This document shows, piece by piece, positions 47,515 through 57,237 of a stretch of DNA of 64,000 nucleotides. The stretch comes from an uncultured Desulfatitalea sp. (GTDB lineage Bacteria; Desulfobacterota; Desulfobacteria; Desulfobacterales; Desulfosarcinaceae), in NCBI GenBank assembly GCA_963668675.2, contig CAXXMB010000002.1, positions 1,536,001 through 1,600,000 of the forward strand. The letters run 5' to 3'. Position numbers and translations under genes: made by a program. Under the pieces are notes generated by a model. The model was given only the letters and a program-made list of their open reading frames with translations. It was not told the DNA's origin and did no database searches. Within the stretch, counting starts at the first letter, position 1; every line of letters begins with the position of its first letter.

Positions 47515-49761
47515 TCACTTGCGATGGAGACGGACAGTGCCGTCCCAATCGCTGCCCGGCGGTGTCTGCCGGTAGCGGTGGCATAGCCTGAGATAGAATG
47601 CCGATGGCCCGTCGCCGCCATTGCGGCCGCAGGCTTTTTCGAACGCGTCGCCGGCTCTGTCCCAGGCCTGCTGCTCGAAGGCCTGCAAACCTTCCCCAAA
47701 ATGGCGCCAGGTCAACGTGCGCTGACGCTCATCAGCCTCATCATGTGGGGCCAGTTCATACACCTTCACCGGTCGGGTCTTGCCCTTGAAGACAAAGCGC
47801 CCCACGAAACGGTTGTTCATCCTCTCCATTTCTCCTACCACCGCATCGGATGTCAGGATGCGCGTGCCCAGGTATTTGTTCAGCCCCTCCAGGCGCGAGG
47901 CAGTGTTGACGATATCCCCGACCGGTCGATATTCAAAATGGTCCATGGCGCCAATGTTGCCCAGCACCACATCACCGGCGTGCATGCCGATCCGTGTGGG
48001 CAACGGCGGGTTGTCATCGTCTTGATTGAAACGCTCGACCGCTTCTGCTACAGCCAGGGCGGCTTTGCAGGCTTTGGATTTAAGGGCAGGGTCGGGACGG
48101 GAGGCGGTCCAGAGGGAGAGCACCGAATCACCGATCACCTGCAGCACCACCCCCCCGTTGTCTCTAATGGGTTTGAAGATCGCTTCGTAATAGCGATTCA
48201 TCAAGGCCGTCAGGCTCTCGGGGTCCATGGATTCGGAAAGATTGGTATACTTCTCCGCATCGGTAAAGAGGCAGATGCTGTAGACCGCCTGCCGCTCCTC
48301 ATGGATCGCATCGATGTTGCGGGCCAACTGGTCGACCACCTGATTGGGCAGGTAGTAGCCGAAGGCTTGGCGAATCGTCCGGCGCTCGCGACTGACCGTG
48401 CGATACTTCCAAACCAGGGTGGTGAAGAAACCGGCCGGCCACATGAAGAAGAGCGGTATCACGACAGGGAACCAGGCGCCAGCCATCTTGAAACGCATCA
48501 GGGCGCCGAAAAGATAGACGATCGAAAGAAAGAACCCGGCGGCCGCTGCAGCCCCCGCCGGGAGTTGATAGCTGACCAGTGCCACGGCAATGCCCCACAT
48601 AAAAACGATGGCCATCTGGTCGGGGACGCCCAGCGGCTCGACCCGCTTGCCCTCTATCAGGTTGGCAAAGGCAGTGGCGGCGATCTCCACGCCGCTGATG
48701 TCTACTGCCCCCTCGCGGGCGTAAACGGTGAAGAAACCATCTTTTGCTTTGGGCCAATAGCTCTCGGTCTGACCCACGAAGACCGCCTTGCCCTGTAGGT
48801 CCAGCGGTCGATCGGCGCCGGTCTTGTCCGAGATCATGCGGAAGTATGGGACGGTCCGGATGGTGCCGGCTGGGCCGTAGAAGTTCAGGTAGTGGTTGTT
48901 GTCCGATTGATTGAGCCAGATGAGAGACGCCATGCGCCGGGTCATCTCCCCGGGGTTATCTGCATCTCCGGATTGCTGCAACACGTGCATTGCCATCGGA
49001 CCCAGTTGCGCTTCACTCTGAAAAAGATCGCGCATGGCGCGGATGGCCAGCACCAGATCCGCCTGGGAAGCGTCCGACGGCAGGAGCCCGCTATGGCGCT
49101 TGGCTTCGGTGCGGACCTGGCTCACCAGGGTGGAGAGGGCATAAAAAGCGTCCGAGGAGAAGGCGCAAAAAGCCACTACCGGCAGGGTGGGTACGTCGCC
49201 GCTGCCCGGCTTGAAAGTCCAGTAGCGGCTCAACTTGACCGGCACCCGCGGCACCGGAAAGGGCGCCTGGGCGAGGGCGGCATCGGCCAGGGGTTGGATG
49301 GGCGGCACCATCTTTTCGATGCTGACATTGGCGGTCGTGGCGCCCTGGGGATCGGCCACCTTGATGGTTTCGTCGACGATGGACTGGGCCAGAATCACAT
49401 TTCCGGCCCGCGCCATGGCCTGCTCCAAGGCTGCATCGGTTTCGGGTGTCTGGGGTTCGTTGAAGATCAGATCGAAGACAATCATCGCCGCCCCGGCATC
49501 GTGCAAGCGATTGATGAGCCGGGCGTGAACGGTGCGGGGCCAGTTGCGCGGCTCCATGGGAAGGTCGAGCTGTTTGGAGGATTGGCGATCGAGCGCCACG
49601 ACGACCACATCTTCGGGCGGCGGCTGCGCCCCGCGCAGCTGAAAGAGCAGATGCAGTCCGAGCCCCTCTTCCAGCGCGTAACCATAAGGCGACAGCGTAG
49701 CAACGACCCCGATCAGGCCCAGTATCAGACCGAATATCCAAGCCTTTCGAGAAGGGATCAT
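47515..49761 (-). CDS. CHASE2-domain class III adenylate/guanylate cyclase
   Basis: WPRTVHARLI..IVFDLIF and GVEIAA (CHASE2), TMs, then LFTDAEKYT, IGDSV, RIGMHAG, GDIVNTASRLEGLNK, KGK; AGGAG RBS. Confidence 0.95.
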   Translation of the reverse strand: MIPSRKAWIFGLILGLIGVVATLSPYGYALEEGLGLHLLFQLRGAQPPPEDVVVVALDRQSSKQLDLPMEPRNWPRTVHARLINRLHDAGAAMIVFDLIFNEPQTPETDAALEQAMARAGNVILAQSIVDETIKVADPQGATTANVSIEKMVPPIQPLADAALAQAPFPVPRVPVKLSRYWTFKPGSGDVPTLPVVAFCAFSSDAFYALSTLVSQVRTEAKRHSGLLPSDASQADLVLAIRAMRDLFQSEAQLGPMAMHVLQQSGDADNPGEMTRRMASLIWLNQSDNNHYLNFYGPAGTIRTVPYFRMISDKTGADRPLDLQGKAVFVGQTESYWPKAKDGFFTVYAREGAVDISGVEIAATAFANLIEGKRVEPLGVPDQMAIVFMWGIAVALVSYQLPAGAAAAAGFFLSIVYLFGALMRFKMAGAWFPVVIPLFFMWPAGFFTTLVWKYRTVSRERRTIRQAFGYYLPNQVVDQLARNIDAIHEERQAVYSICLFTDAEKYTNLSESMDPESLTALMNRYYEAIFKPIRDNGGVVLQVIGDSVLSLWTASRPDPALKSKACKAALAVAEAVERFNQDDDNPPLPTRIGMHAGDVVLGNIGAMDHFEYRPVGDIVNTASRLEGLNKYLGTRILTSDAVVGEMERMNNRFVGRFVFKGKTRPVKVYELAPHDEADERQRTLTWRHFGEGLQAFEQQAWDRAGDAFEKACGRNGGDGPSAFYLRLCHRYRQTPPGSDWDGTVRLHRK

Positions 49762-50186
49762 GGCCTCTCCTTTCAGGACCGGGCCCGTTGCTGCCATCTT
49801 CAACGAGATGCCGGCGGCCGTTCGCATGGCAAAGCCGGCCGGGGGTTCCGAAAAGGAGTCTTCCGCTCCAGGCAACGAACCGCGAGACGCCGTCATCCGC
49901 TATCGGTGGGGAGAATGAAGCACGTTACAGAAGATGCATCAAGTCGAAAGAAGCCCTCTTGCTGTCCGTCCGCTTCGGCAACTCGACTTGACATCTCAAC
50001 TAAATCAGAGTAGCGATTCCTTTGTCAATACCAGAATTTAGGCGAATTCAGACCACCAGCAACCGATCCGCCAGGCGTCGTCTTCCCCGGACCCGCATCA
50101 GCATATCGACGGGGGGCCTGCTGAAACGGCGATCCTTGGTCTCTGGATTCTCTTGGCTCCCACCTTCGGAAGTAAAGGATTCAGCT

Positions 50187-50915
50187 ATGCGCCATCAATT
50201 GCTGAAGCATCTTCTCGCCTGGCTGTTCATCGGTTTCACGGCCACGGCCTTAGCATGGGCCGACGAAGCGCCCACCGGCGAACCCCGGGAACGGGTCGTG
50301 TTCAAACGGGCGGCCGTGGCATCCTTCCTCGAAGGCCGCCGCAGGCCAGCCGTCGATGAAGCCATGGACGAGACCCTGAGCTGCCCCATCGGAGAGATCT
50401 GTCTGGCCGACCCCTCCATCTCTTCCCACGCCGGCATCACCCTCACCCGCCTGGTGGACCAGGAGCTGCGGGGCCGCTTCGGCAAACAGATCGTCCCAAG
50501 GGAACAGGTGAAGAACACCGAGATGGAAATCAAGCTCAATCTCGAAAAGGACACCCCGCGAACGCTGGCCGAAACCATGGGCAACATACTTGAAGTGGAC
50601 GTGATCGTCATCGGCACGGTTTGGCGCTATCGGGACCGCGGTGAGATGCTGGGGGTGCCGGACAGCAAGGCCTCGGTGGCCTTTGCCGTCTATCTGATCG
50701 ATGTGGAGAACGGCCGCAAGCTCTGGCGGGGGTTGTACGATGCGACCCAGCAGGCCGTTACGCAAGATTTGCTGCAGGCCGGCAAACAGATCAGAATGGG
50801 GCTCAAGTGGCTGTCGGCCGATGAACTGGCCGCCCACGGGGTTAAAGAGATCTTCAAGGAGTTCCCGTCCAACTTGCTGCCCGGCGACTTTTCAGGTGTC
50901 CGGCAGCAGCAATAA
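50187..50915 (+). CDS. Exported hypothetical protein (CsgG/LpoB-like alpha-beta fold suspected)
   Basis: Signal peptide (ALAWA), DVIVIGTVWRYRDR..ASVAFAVYLIDVENGRKLW. Confidence 0.7.
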   Translation: MRHQLLKHLLAWLFIGFTATALAWADEAPTGEPRERVVFKRAAVASFLEGRRRPAVDEAMDETLSCPIGEICLADPSISSHAGITLTRLVDQELRGRFGKQIVPREQVKNTEMEIKLNLEKDTPRTLAETMGNILEVDVIVIGTVWRYRDRGEMLGVPDSKASVAFAVYLIDVENGRKLWRGLYDATQQAVTQDLLQAGKQIRMGLKWLSADELAAHGVKEIFKEFPSNLLPGDFSGVRQQQ

Positions 50916-50927
50916 TAGGAGCAAGTG

Positions 50928-51296
50928 ATGAGATCAATCATCTACGCGCTGTTGCTGGCCGTTTTAGTTTCCACTCCTGCATGGGCCGGAAAGGCCGACG
51001 TGCTGGGTGTAGAAGTGCAACAGAGCGGTAACGACGCCTTCTCGTTCAGCGTCACCGTCCGCCATGCCGACGAGGGATGGGACCACTATGCCGACCGATG
51101 GGAGGTCATCGCTCCGGATGGAAAAGTATTGGGGACCCGCGTACTGGCGCATCCCCACGTAGACGAACAGCCCTTCACCCGATCCCTCAGAGGGGTTGCC
51201 ATTCCAGCGGAAATCCGGGAGGTCACCGTCCGGGCCGGGGATTCGAAACATGGCTGGGGCGGGAAAACCATGACCGTCAGCCTGCCGGGGCGCTGA
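50928..51296 (+). CDS. Small exported conserved protein with His/Asp-rich motifs
   Basis: Signal peptide (AWA), TVRHADEGWDHYADRWEV, LAHPHVDEQPFTRSL; AGGAG RBS. Confidence 0.8.
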   Translation: MRSIIYALLLAVLVSTPAWAGKADVLGVEVQQSGNDAFSFSVTVRHADEGWDHYADRWEVIAPDGKVLGTRVLAHPHVDEQPFTRSLRGVAIPAEIREVTVRAGDSKHGWGGKTMTVSLPGR

Positions 51297-51304
51297 GCCA
51301 CATC

Positions 51305-51402
51305 TTCCATTTTCCAAAGGGGGGCCAGGGGGAATTTTCATCGATTTACGGACAGACCACGAACAGATAGTCCCCCATATCCCCCTCTGGGAAAGGGGGA
51401 CT
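51305..51402. repeat. Second inverted doublet of the CCCCCTTT/AAAGGGGG REP-like family
   Basis: TTTCCAAAGGGGGGCCAGGGGGAATT and AGTCCCCCATATCCCCCTCTGGGAAAGGGGGAC between convergent genes. Confidence 0.7.
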
Positions 51403-51437
51403 TTTCGCTTCGTGTCACTTCTCTGCTGTAAAATAGC

Positions 51438-53885
51438 CTAATCGATCTTGGCCCGATAGAGCCGCAAGCTGTTGGAGACCACCGAAATACTGCTCATGGC
51501 CATGGCCAGTGCGGCCAGGATGGGGTGCAGTTGACGCAGGAAAATCGGCAGCTCCGACACCGGTGCGAGGACTCCGGCCGCCACCGGGATCAGAATCACA
51601 TTGTAGACGAAGGCCAGGAAGAGATTCTGACGCACCGTGGCCATGGTCTTACGGCTGATGGCAATGGCCCGCGGAATGCCGCTCAGGCGGCCGCTGGAGA
51701 GAATCACGTCGGCCGTCTCGATGGCCACATCGGTGCCGGTGCCGATGGCCATACCCACCTCGGCCTGGGCCAGGGCAGGTGCATCGTTGATGCCGTCGCC
51801 CACCATGCCGACCCGCAACCCCTGGGACTGGATCTCCTTCACCTTGGCCGATTTCTCTTCCGGGCGCACTTCGGCAAAAAACTCGTCGATGCCGACCTGA
51901 TCAGCGATGGCCCGGGCGGTCTGGGCATTGTCGCCGGTGAGCATGACCACCTTCAGCTTCTGGCGATGCAGGGCCGCGATCGCCTCTTTTGAGTCGGGCT
52001 TGAGGGTATCGGCCACGGCGATCAGTCCGGCCACTTTCTCATCGACAGACAGCACCATCACCGTATGCCCCTGGGCCTGTCGCTTCGCAACGGCATCTGC
52101 GGCCTCACCGTATCCGTCCACCGCGTCGTCGAACCATTTGGGCTTGCCCACCTTTACATTGTGTCCACCCACAACGGCCGTCACGCCGAACCCGCCTTGG
52201 GCGTTGAACTCTTTCGGGTCTTGCAGATCGAGGGCCTTGGTCCTGGCCGCCTGGACGATGGCCTTGCCGAGGGGGTGCTCGGACCCCATCTCGGCCGAAG
52301 CGGCCCACCTGAGTACCTCATCGGCATTTTCAACCGCGCCGTTCAGGGTAACCACATCCACCACCGCCGGCTTGCCTTCGGTAATGGTGCCGGTCTTGTC
52401 CAGCACCACCGCATCCAGACGGGTGGCGGTCTCCAGCGCCTCGGCTTTTTTGAACAGCACGCCGTGTTCGGCCCCTTTGCCGGTGCCGGCCATGATGGCC
52501 GTGGGGGTGGCCAAGCCCAGGGCACACGGACAGGCGATCACCAGTACGGCTACAAGCCGGATCATGGAGGGCACGAAATCACCGGTCACTCCTAACCAGA
52601 TGACGAACGTCACCAGCGCGATCAATATGACCCCCGGCACGAACACGGACGCCACACGATCGGCCAATGCCTGAATGGGGGCCTTGCTGCCCTGGGCCTC
52701 CTGGACCAGGCGAATGATCTGGGCCAGCGCCGTCTCCCGGCCCACCCGGGTAGCCTTGAACTTGAGCCGCCCCTGGCCGTTGATGGTACCGGCCGCCACA
52801 ATGTCGCCTCGGGTTTTATCCACTGGGATCGGCTCGCCGCTGAGCATGGACTCGTCAACGGCCGAACTCCCCTCCAGCACCTCGCCATCCACCGGAATGC
52901 GTTCACCGGGACGCACCACCACGATGGCATCCCGCTGCACACGGGTGAGCGGCACTTCACGCTCCTCGCCATCTTCGATGATGAAGGCGGTCTTGGGCTG
53001 CAGGCCGATCAGCTTGCGGATGGCGCTGCCGGTCTTGCCCTTGGTGCGCGCTTCGAGCAATTTGCCCAACTTGATCAGGGTGATGATGACGGCCGATGTC
53101 TCGAAGTAGACATGGTCGCCCAGGGCCGGCAGCAGCAACACACCCAACGAGTAGAAATAGGCCACAGACGATCCCAGGGCGATCAGAACGTCCATGTTGG
53201 CGCTGCGGTTGCGCAGGCTATTGATGCCGCCCACGTAGTAGTCCCAGCCGGTGTAGAACTGTACCGGCGTTGCCAGGGCCCAGAAGAGCCAGTTGACCCA
53301 GGTTGCGTGGCTCCAGGCCCCCAGAAAACCAAAATCGCGCGACATGCTCCAAACGAAGAGCGGCAGTGCAAACGCCACACCCACCGCAAACTTACGCGTC
53401 TGGTCGCGGATCTCCGCGCTGCGCGCCGCCTGTTCGGCGTCTTCGCCACTTTGGCCCTCCTCCGTCGCGATGGCGCCGAAACCAGCCTTCTCGATAGCTG
53501 CCACCATCTCTTCGAGGGTTACGGCATCCGGCAGGTAGTCGATGGCGGCGCGCTCCGAGGCGAAGTTGACGGAAGCGGCCACCACCCCCGCGACCTTTTT
53601 ATTCAACGTGCGCTCGACATTTGCGGCGCAATTGGCGCAACTCATGCCGGTGATCGGCATCTCCACATGGGCGGCCGCCACGTCGAAACCGCTCTTCTTC
53701 ACCTGGGCAATGATCTCCCCAATGTTGAGTCGGGCGGGATCGAAAGAGACATCGGCCTTCTCGCTGGCAAAATTGACACTGGCCGCCTGGATACCATCCA
53801 GCTTGTTCAAACCGCGTTCGATATTGGCTGCACAGTTGGCGCAGCTCATGCCAGTTACGGGAAGAGATATAGACTGCTCAGCCAT
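51438..53885 (-). CDS. copA: Copper-translocating P1B-type ATPase
   Basis: Two GMSCANC HMA domains, [29 protein letters not shown] and MAMSS Cu(I) signatures. Confidence 0.96.
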   Translation of the reverse strand: MAEQSISLPVTGMSCANCAANIERGLNKLDGIQAASVNFASEKADVSFDPARLNIGEIIAQVKKSGFDVAAAHVEMPITGMSCANCAANVERTLNKKVAGVVAASVNFASERAAIDYLPDAVTLEEMVAAIEKAGFGAIATEEGQSGEDAEQAARSAEIRDQTRKFAVGVAFALPLFVWSMSRDFGFLGAWSHATWVNWLFWALATPVQFYTGWDYYVGGINSLRNRSANMDVLIALGSSVAYFYSLGVLLLPALGDHVYFETSAVIITLIKLGKLLEARTKGKTGSAIRKLIGLQPKTAFIIEDGEEREVPLTRVQRDAIVVVRPGERIPVDGEVLEGSSAVDESMLSGEPIPVDKTRGDIVAAGTINGQGRLKFKATRVGRETALAQIIRLVQEAQGSKAPIQALADRVASVFVPGVILIALVTFVIWLGVTGDFVPSMIRLVAVLVIACPCALGLATPTAIMAGTGKGAEHGVLFKKAEALETATRLDAVVLDKTGTITEGKPAVVDVVTLNGAVENADEVLRWAASAEMGSEHPLGKAIVQAARTKALDLQDPKEFNAQGGFGVTAVVGGHNVKVGKPKWFDDAVDGYGEAADAVAKRQAQGHTVMVLSVDEKVAGLIAVADTLKPDSKEAIAALHRQKLKVVMLTGDNAQTARAIADQVGIDEFFAEVRPEEKSAKVKEIQSQGLRVGMVGDGINDAPALAQAEVGMAIGTGTDVAIETADVILSSGRLSGIPRAIAISRKTMATVRQNLFLAFVYNVILIPVAAGVLAPVSELPIFLRQLHPILAALAMAMSSISVVSNSLRLYRAKID

Positions 53886-54136
53886 GAAACACGCTCCTAT
53901 CGAATTTCAATCCAGCCCAACAACATAATCATAATGTGCTCACAACTCAACGACGTTGCTGACCGATTCGGCTCGTCAGCCAAGGGCAGTTTCAATCCGG
54001 TCAGAAAGCCGAATTCAACAAGTTTGAAGGCACCGCGCGATAAGCGAATTCGCCACATCACCACGCGGCAGTCTGCACAGCAATCCGCCCGTCCAGACAA
54101 TTCACCGGGACCGGAACGGCAGTCTGTATACACTAC

Positions 54137-54619
54137 TTAGCCACAGCGCTTGTTGGGTGGAAGATGTCCGGGGTGGCTGCCGACTGTCACAATATCGGTA
54201 ATCGTCGGCAGCAGCCGACGGCGGGCATAACGACTGCGATCCAGCCGAACAATAGCAGCAGCCGCAGCTATCAACCCCAAGAGTGATCCAGTCGCTGCAC
54301 CCATGGATGATGACCAGCCGATGCAGCCACTGAACCAGTCGCCGCCAATTGCACCGGCCAGCAAAGCTGCCACCGGCAAAAGATAAAGAATGGCCGCCCC
54401 CTTGAAGACCTCTTTGGAAGCAATGTGCACTTTTACCAGATCGCCTGCCTGGGCACCCAACGGATTGGCCGCCCGGGACTCCATTCTGGCGCCCGTCAGG
54501 CAGCTCCGGCAGCCACCGGCTTTCGGCTGGCACCCGCCGCATCCCCCTTTACGGTCGGTCAGGATGCGCGCCGAGCCATCTTCACCATTCTCAACCACAA
54601 TTGCCATTTGTTCGGCCAT
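54137..54619 (-). CDS. RseC/MucC (SoxR reducing system) family membrane protein
   Basis: CGGC..CRSC, ANPLGAQAGDLV, AAILYLLP, 2 TM; GAGGTG RBS. Confidence 0.85.
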   Translation of the reverse strand: MAEQMAIVVENGEDGSARILTDRKGGCGGCQPKAGGCRSCLTGARMESRAANPLGAQAGDLVKVHIASKEVFKGAAILYLLPVAALLAGAIGGDWFSGCIGWSSSMGAATGSLLGLIAAAAAIVRLDRSRYARRRLLPTITDIVTVGSHPGHLPPNKRCG

Positions 54620-54631
54620 ACCCACACCTCA

Positions 54632-54871
54632 TTAATGGCAACAGGAAGGCGGTTTGCCGCCCGTGGCTTTGTTGAGACGTTCCAGGTATCGGCGCCAGAA
54701 TCCTTTACGCTTATTGATCACATAGTCCTGGGGAGCCGACTCAAATTGATTGCGGCACCCCTCAGCGCAAAAATAGAGTTCGATGCCATTATAGCAGGTC
54801 TTGGCTGCGGCGGTGGCGGGGTCGACTGCCATGCCGCAGACGGGGTCTATATGGTGGGTTGCTTTTCTCAT
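54632..54871 (-). CDS. YHS domain protein
   Basis: DPVCGMAV..YFCAEGCR..F..P; C-terminal CCH. Confidence 0.92.
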   Translation of the reverse strand: MRKATHHIDPVCGMAVDPATAAAKTCYNGIELYFCAEGCRNQFESAPQDYVINKRKGFWRRYLERLNKATGGKPPSCCH

Positions 54872-54954
54872 GTTGAACCTCCTTCGGCGAGCTTAAAAAC
54901 AGCGGTTCCAGATCCTTCTACAGAGTCTCCTCCAGAGCCTCCTGATAGATCTGT

Positions 54955-55305
54955 TTAACTGGAAAGCTCGCTCCGCTTGGCTTCATATTCGGCCTGGTCT
55001 ATATCACCCCTGGCATAGCGACGCTTAAGTATTTCAATCGCGTCAGGCTCACCATGAGAAAAAGCGGATGAGCTGCTGCGGTTGGTGAAAACACCTGAAA
55101 CCAGCAATATCAACGCTACAATCACAATAACCCAGAATAACATCATGACAACCCCCACTTGGCCGCCCATCATCCCGTGCGGTACAAACCACCGGCCGCT
55201 GGCGAACCGATACAGGCCGTGCTGGCTGGATAGAAACCATATGGCCAGGGCGATCAGGGCTACCGACAACCCGAGACTGAAAAAAATGGCCGATATCCGT
55301 TTCAT
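54955..55305 (-). CDS. SHOCT-domain membrane protein
   Basis: 2 TM, HGMMGG, DAIEILKRRYARGDIDQAEYE; AGGAGG RBS. Confidence 0.9.
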   Translation of the reverse strand: MKRISAIFFSLGLSVALIALAIWFLSSQHGLYRFASGRWFVPHGMMGGQVGVVMMLFWVIVIVALILLVSGVFTNRSSSSAFSHGEPDAIEILKRRYARGDIDQAEYEAKRSELSS

Positions 55306-55386
55306 GTCCGTGCCCTCCTGAGCAGGATTTGTGGCATCCGCCACAGGGCCTGCTGCACTTCACAAGGTCAGGGGCTGTTGTTGGTC

Positions 55387-55424
55387 AAAAGAAGCCGGAC
55401 GGGGTGGCAACCCCCGTCCCGGCT
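55387..55424 (-). terminator. Terminator or attenuator hairpin after the ZraP-like gene
   Basis: Minus strand AGCCGGGACGGGGG..CCCCGTCCGGCT followed by TCTTTT. Confidence 0.65.
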
Positions 55425-55477
55425 CAGTTCGACCCCTAACGACCATTAGTGAATCGATGGGATTCCGTTTTTCAATC

Positions 55478-55978
55478 CTACCGCCAGCAGTAACCGCCGC
55501 CACCATATCCACGGCCATAGTCTCTTCGCGCCTTTTCAGGCAGCATCTTGCGCACTTCCAGTTGGTGCTGAATGGCTTTCTGATCGAATTGACCCTCGAG
55601 CTTGGAAATCTCTTTCTGCAAATCAACAACCTTACCGCTATCAGGGGTCTCCTTGCGCATTTCACTTCCCAGGGCAAAACGCTTCTCTTGAATCCGATCT
55701 CTCAAATCTTCGGTTTCCGTGAAGAATTTTTCTCGTGCATCATCCAGTTTGGCTTGCTGCTCTTCGGTCAGATCGGCTCCGTAGCCGCGATCTTCGCCCC
55801 GGTGTCCCGGACCGTTACCCATCATGCCCGGCCCCATACCATATCCCGGGCCGTACCCCATCATGTGGCCTCCGTAACCGCCTCGGCCGTATCCGCCATG
55901 GGCAAAAACGACGGCAGCGCCTGCCAACAGTAAAACAGCACTAATGATTAAGGTTTTTGGGGTAAGTTTGGATTTCAT
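55478..55978 (-). CDS. Periplasmic Spy/CpxP/ZraP-family metal-binding chaperone
   Basis: Signal peptide, Gly/Met/His-rich region, LTEEQ motif, coiled coil, C-terminal GGGGYCW. Confidence 0.9.
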   Translation of the reverse strand: MKSKLTPKTLIISAVLLLAGAAVVFAHGGYGRGGYGGHMMGYGPGYGMGPGMMGNGPGHRGEDRGYGADLTEEQQAKLDDAREKFFTETEDLRDRIQEKRFALGSEMRKETPDSGKVVDLQKEISKLEGQFDQKAIQHQLEVRKMLPEKARRDYGRGYGGGGYCWR

Positions 55979-56043
55979 GGTGATTCTCCTTTCTAATGGT
56001 TGAGCATTTTATACTCACAAGGTTCGTTTGATATGGTTAATAG

Positions 56044-56058
56044 GCAAGCAGAGTGCCA
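56044..56058 (-). promoter_or_regulatory. Sigma54 (-24/-12) promoter of the ZraP-like/copA cluster
   Basis: Minus strand TGGCAC-TCTGC-TTGC, exact consensus, about 65 bp upstream of the start. Confidence 0.8.
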
Positions 56059-56271
56059 GGTTGAGAACAGCAAGAAGTCCCAAGCACGCAACCAACAGTA
56101 ATCATTTATATTTTTTATTTATGAGGGGCTATCGAGAAGGCTAAACGTTGCGATGGGAAAGAGTGGGGGGCGCTAAACGGGTATTTTTGTAACAGGTCGG
56201 CGAATGAGATCGGGCTGGAAGTGGGTAAAAAAGCCACACACGCAGCTATTCGCTTTTGACCCGACTCGATT

Positions 56272-57021
56272 TCAGCATCTTATATCTACATCCACCTTAT
56301 ATTTAAAGTTGCACGCCCGGAGATAGCGGTTGACGATCTCGAACGGCTTCTGCGGTTCAGACCAGAAATAGGTCTGCACATGAATCAGCGGTTCGAAAGG
56401 CTGGCACTTGAGAAGTTCCGATATATCCCTCTCCGCCGGCATGGCCTGGAGATACATCTCCCCTTTGCTGACTCTCAAGCCGGCTCTGCTCTTCAGGATC
56501 ATTTGAATCGATCGCTTCTCGGCCAGCTCCTTTTTGGTAAGATGCCTGGTGATATCGACCGGCATATAATTTTCATAGAAATAGACCACCTTGTCCAGGG
56601 TAACCAGGCGCCTGATCCGGCCGATATCGTCCTCTTTGGACATCTGAAAAAAGGTACATATATCTTTAGGAATCCGGCTTTCACTGATCTTGATCTTTTT
56701 AATTTCCAATGGCCTGGTTTGGCTCTTCGACAGCGTCCGCACCATTTCGTTCAAGCTGGTATGGATGTTCTGGCGCGACTCCGGAATAACATCGGCGACA
56801 AATGTCCCCTTGCCCCTGGTGCGGGTAATCAGCCCGCCATCCTCCAACAGGGCGAGAGCACCGCGGATGGTTATTTTGCTGACCTCGAAATAGCGGACCA
56901 ACTCCTCTTCCGTAGGGAGCCGCTCTCCCGGTTCGTATTGTCCGGAAACAATCCGGTTCTGAAGAATTGTTGCAATCCGGCTGTAAAGCGGAATGATCTC
57001 TTTTTTCGATGGTGTTGCCAT
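56272..57021 (-). CDS. GntR family regulator (HutC/UTRA type)
   Basis: PLYSRIA..GERLPTEEEL..VSKITIRGAL..GKGTFV; UTRA-sized C-terminal domain. Confidence 0.93.
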   Translation of the reverse strand: MATPSKKEIIPLYSRIATILQNRIVSGQYEPGERLPTEEELVRYFEVSKITIRGALALLEDGGLITRTRGKGTFVADVIPESRQNIHTSLNEMVRTLSKSQTRPLEIKKIKISESRIPKDICTFFQMSKEDDIGRIRRLVTLDKVVYFYENYMPVDITRHLTKKELAEKRSIQMILKSRAGLRVSKGEMYLQAMPAERDISELLKCQPFEPLIHVQTYFWSEPQKPFEIVNRYLRACNFKYKVDVDIRC

Positions 57022-57237
57022 AATCCGTCCCTTTGATCTCTTCTCATCTTGCGCTTGACTTATTCCTTTAATTATAAAATTATATCTTTCAAACTATTAG
57101 AGGCAGCCATACCGCATCAACCCACACTTCCCCAGGAGGCCAAGATCCTCTTATCCAGGGGCAGTTGCATATGACATCGAATATCTCTTCAAGTCAATGG
57201 TATTAAAGTTAGGATTAATGACGCATAGGAGACGCCA

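Noticed and set aside
46269..50013. Plus-strand ORFs of 344-373 aa opposite the receptor and cyclase genes
   Set aside because: Shadow ORFs of well-supported minus-strand genes
53897..54133. 78-aa ORF between the rseC-like gene and copA
   Set aside because: No convincing RBS or recognisable motif; may be just the copA leader
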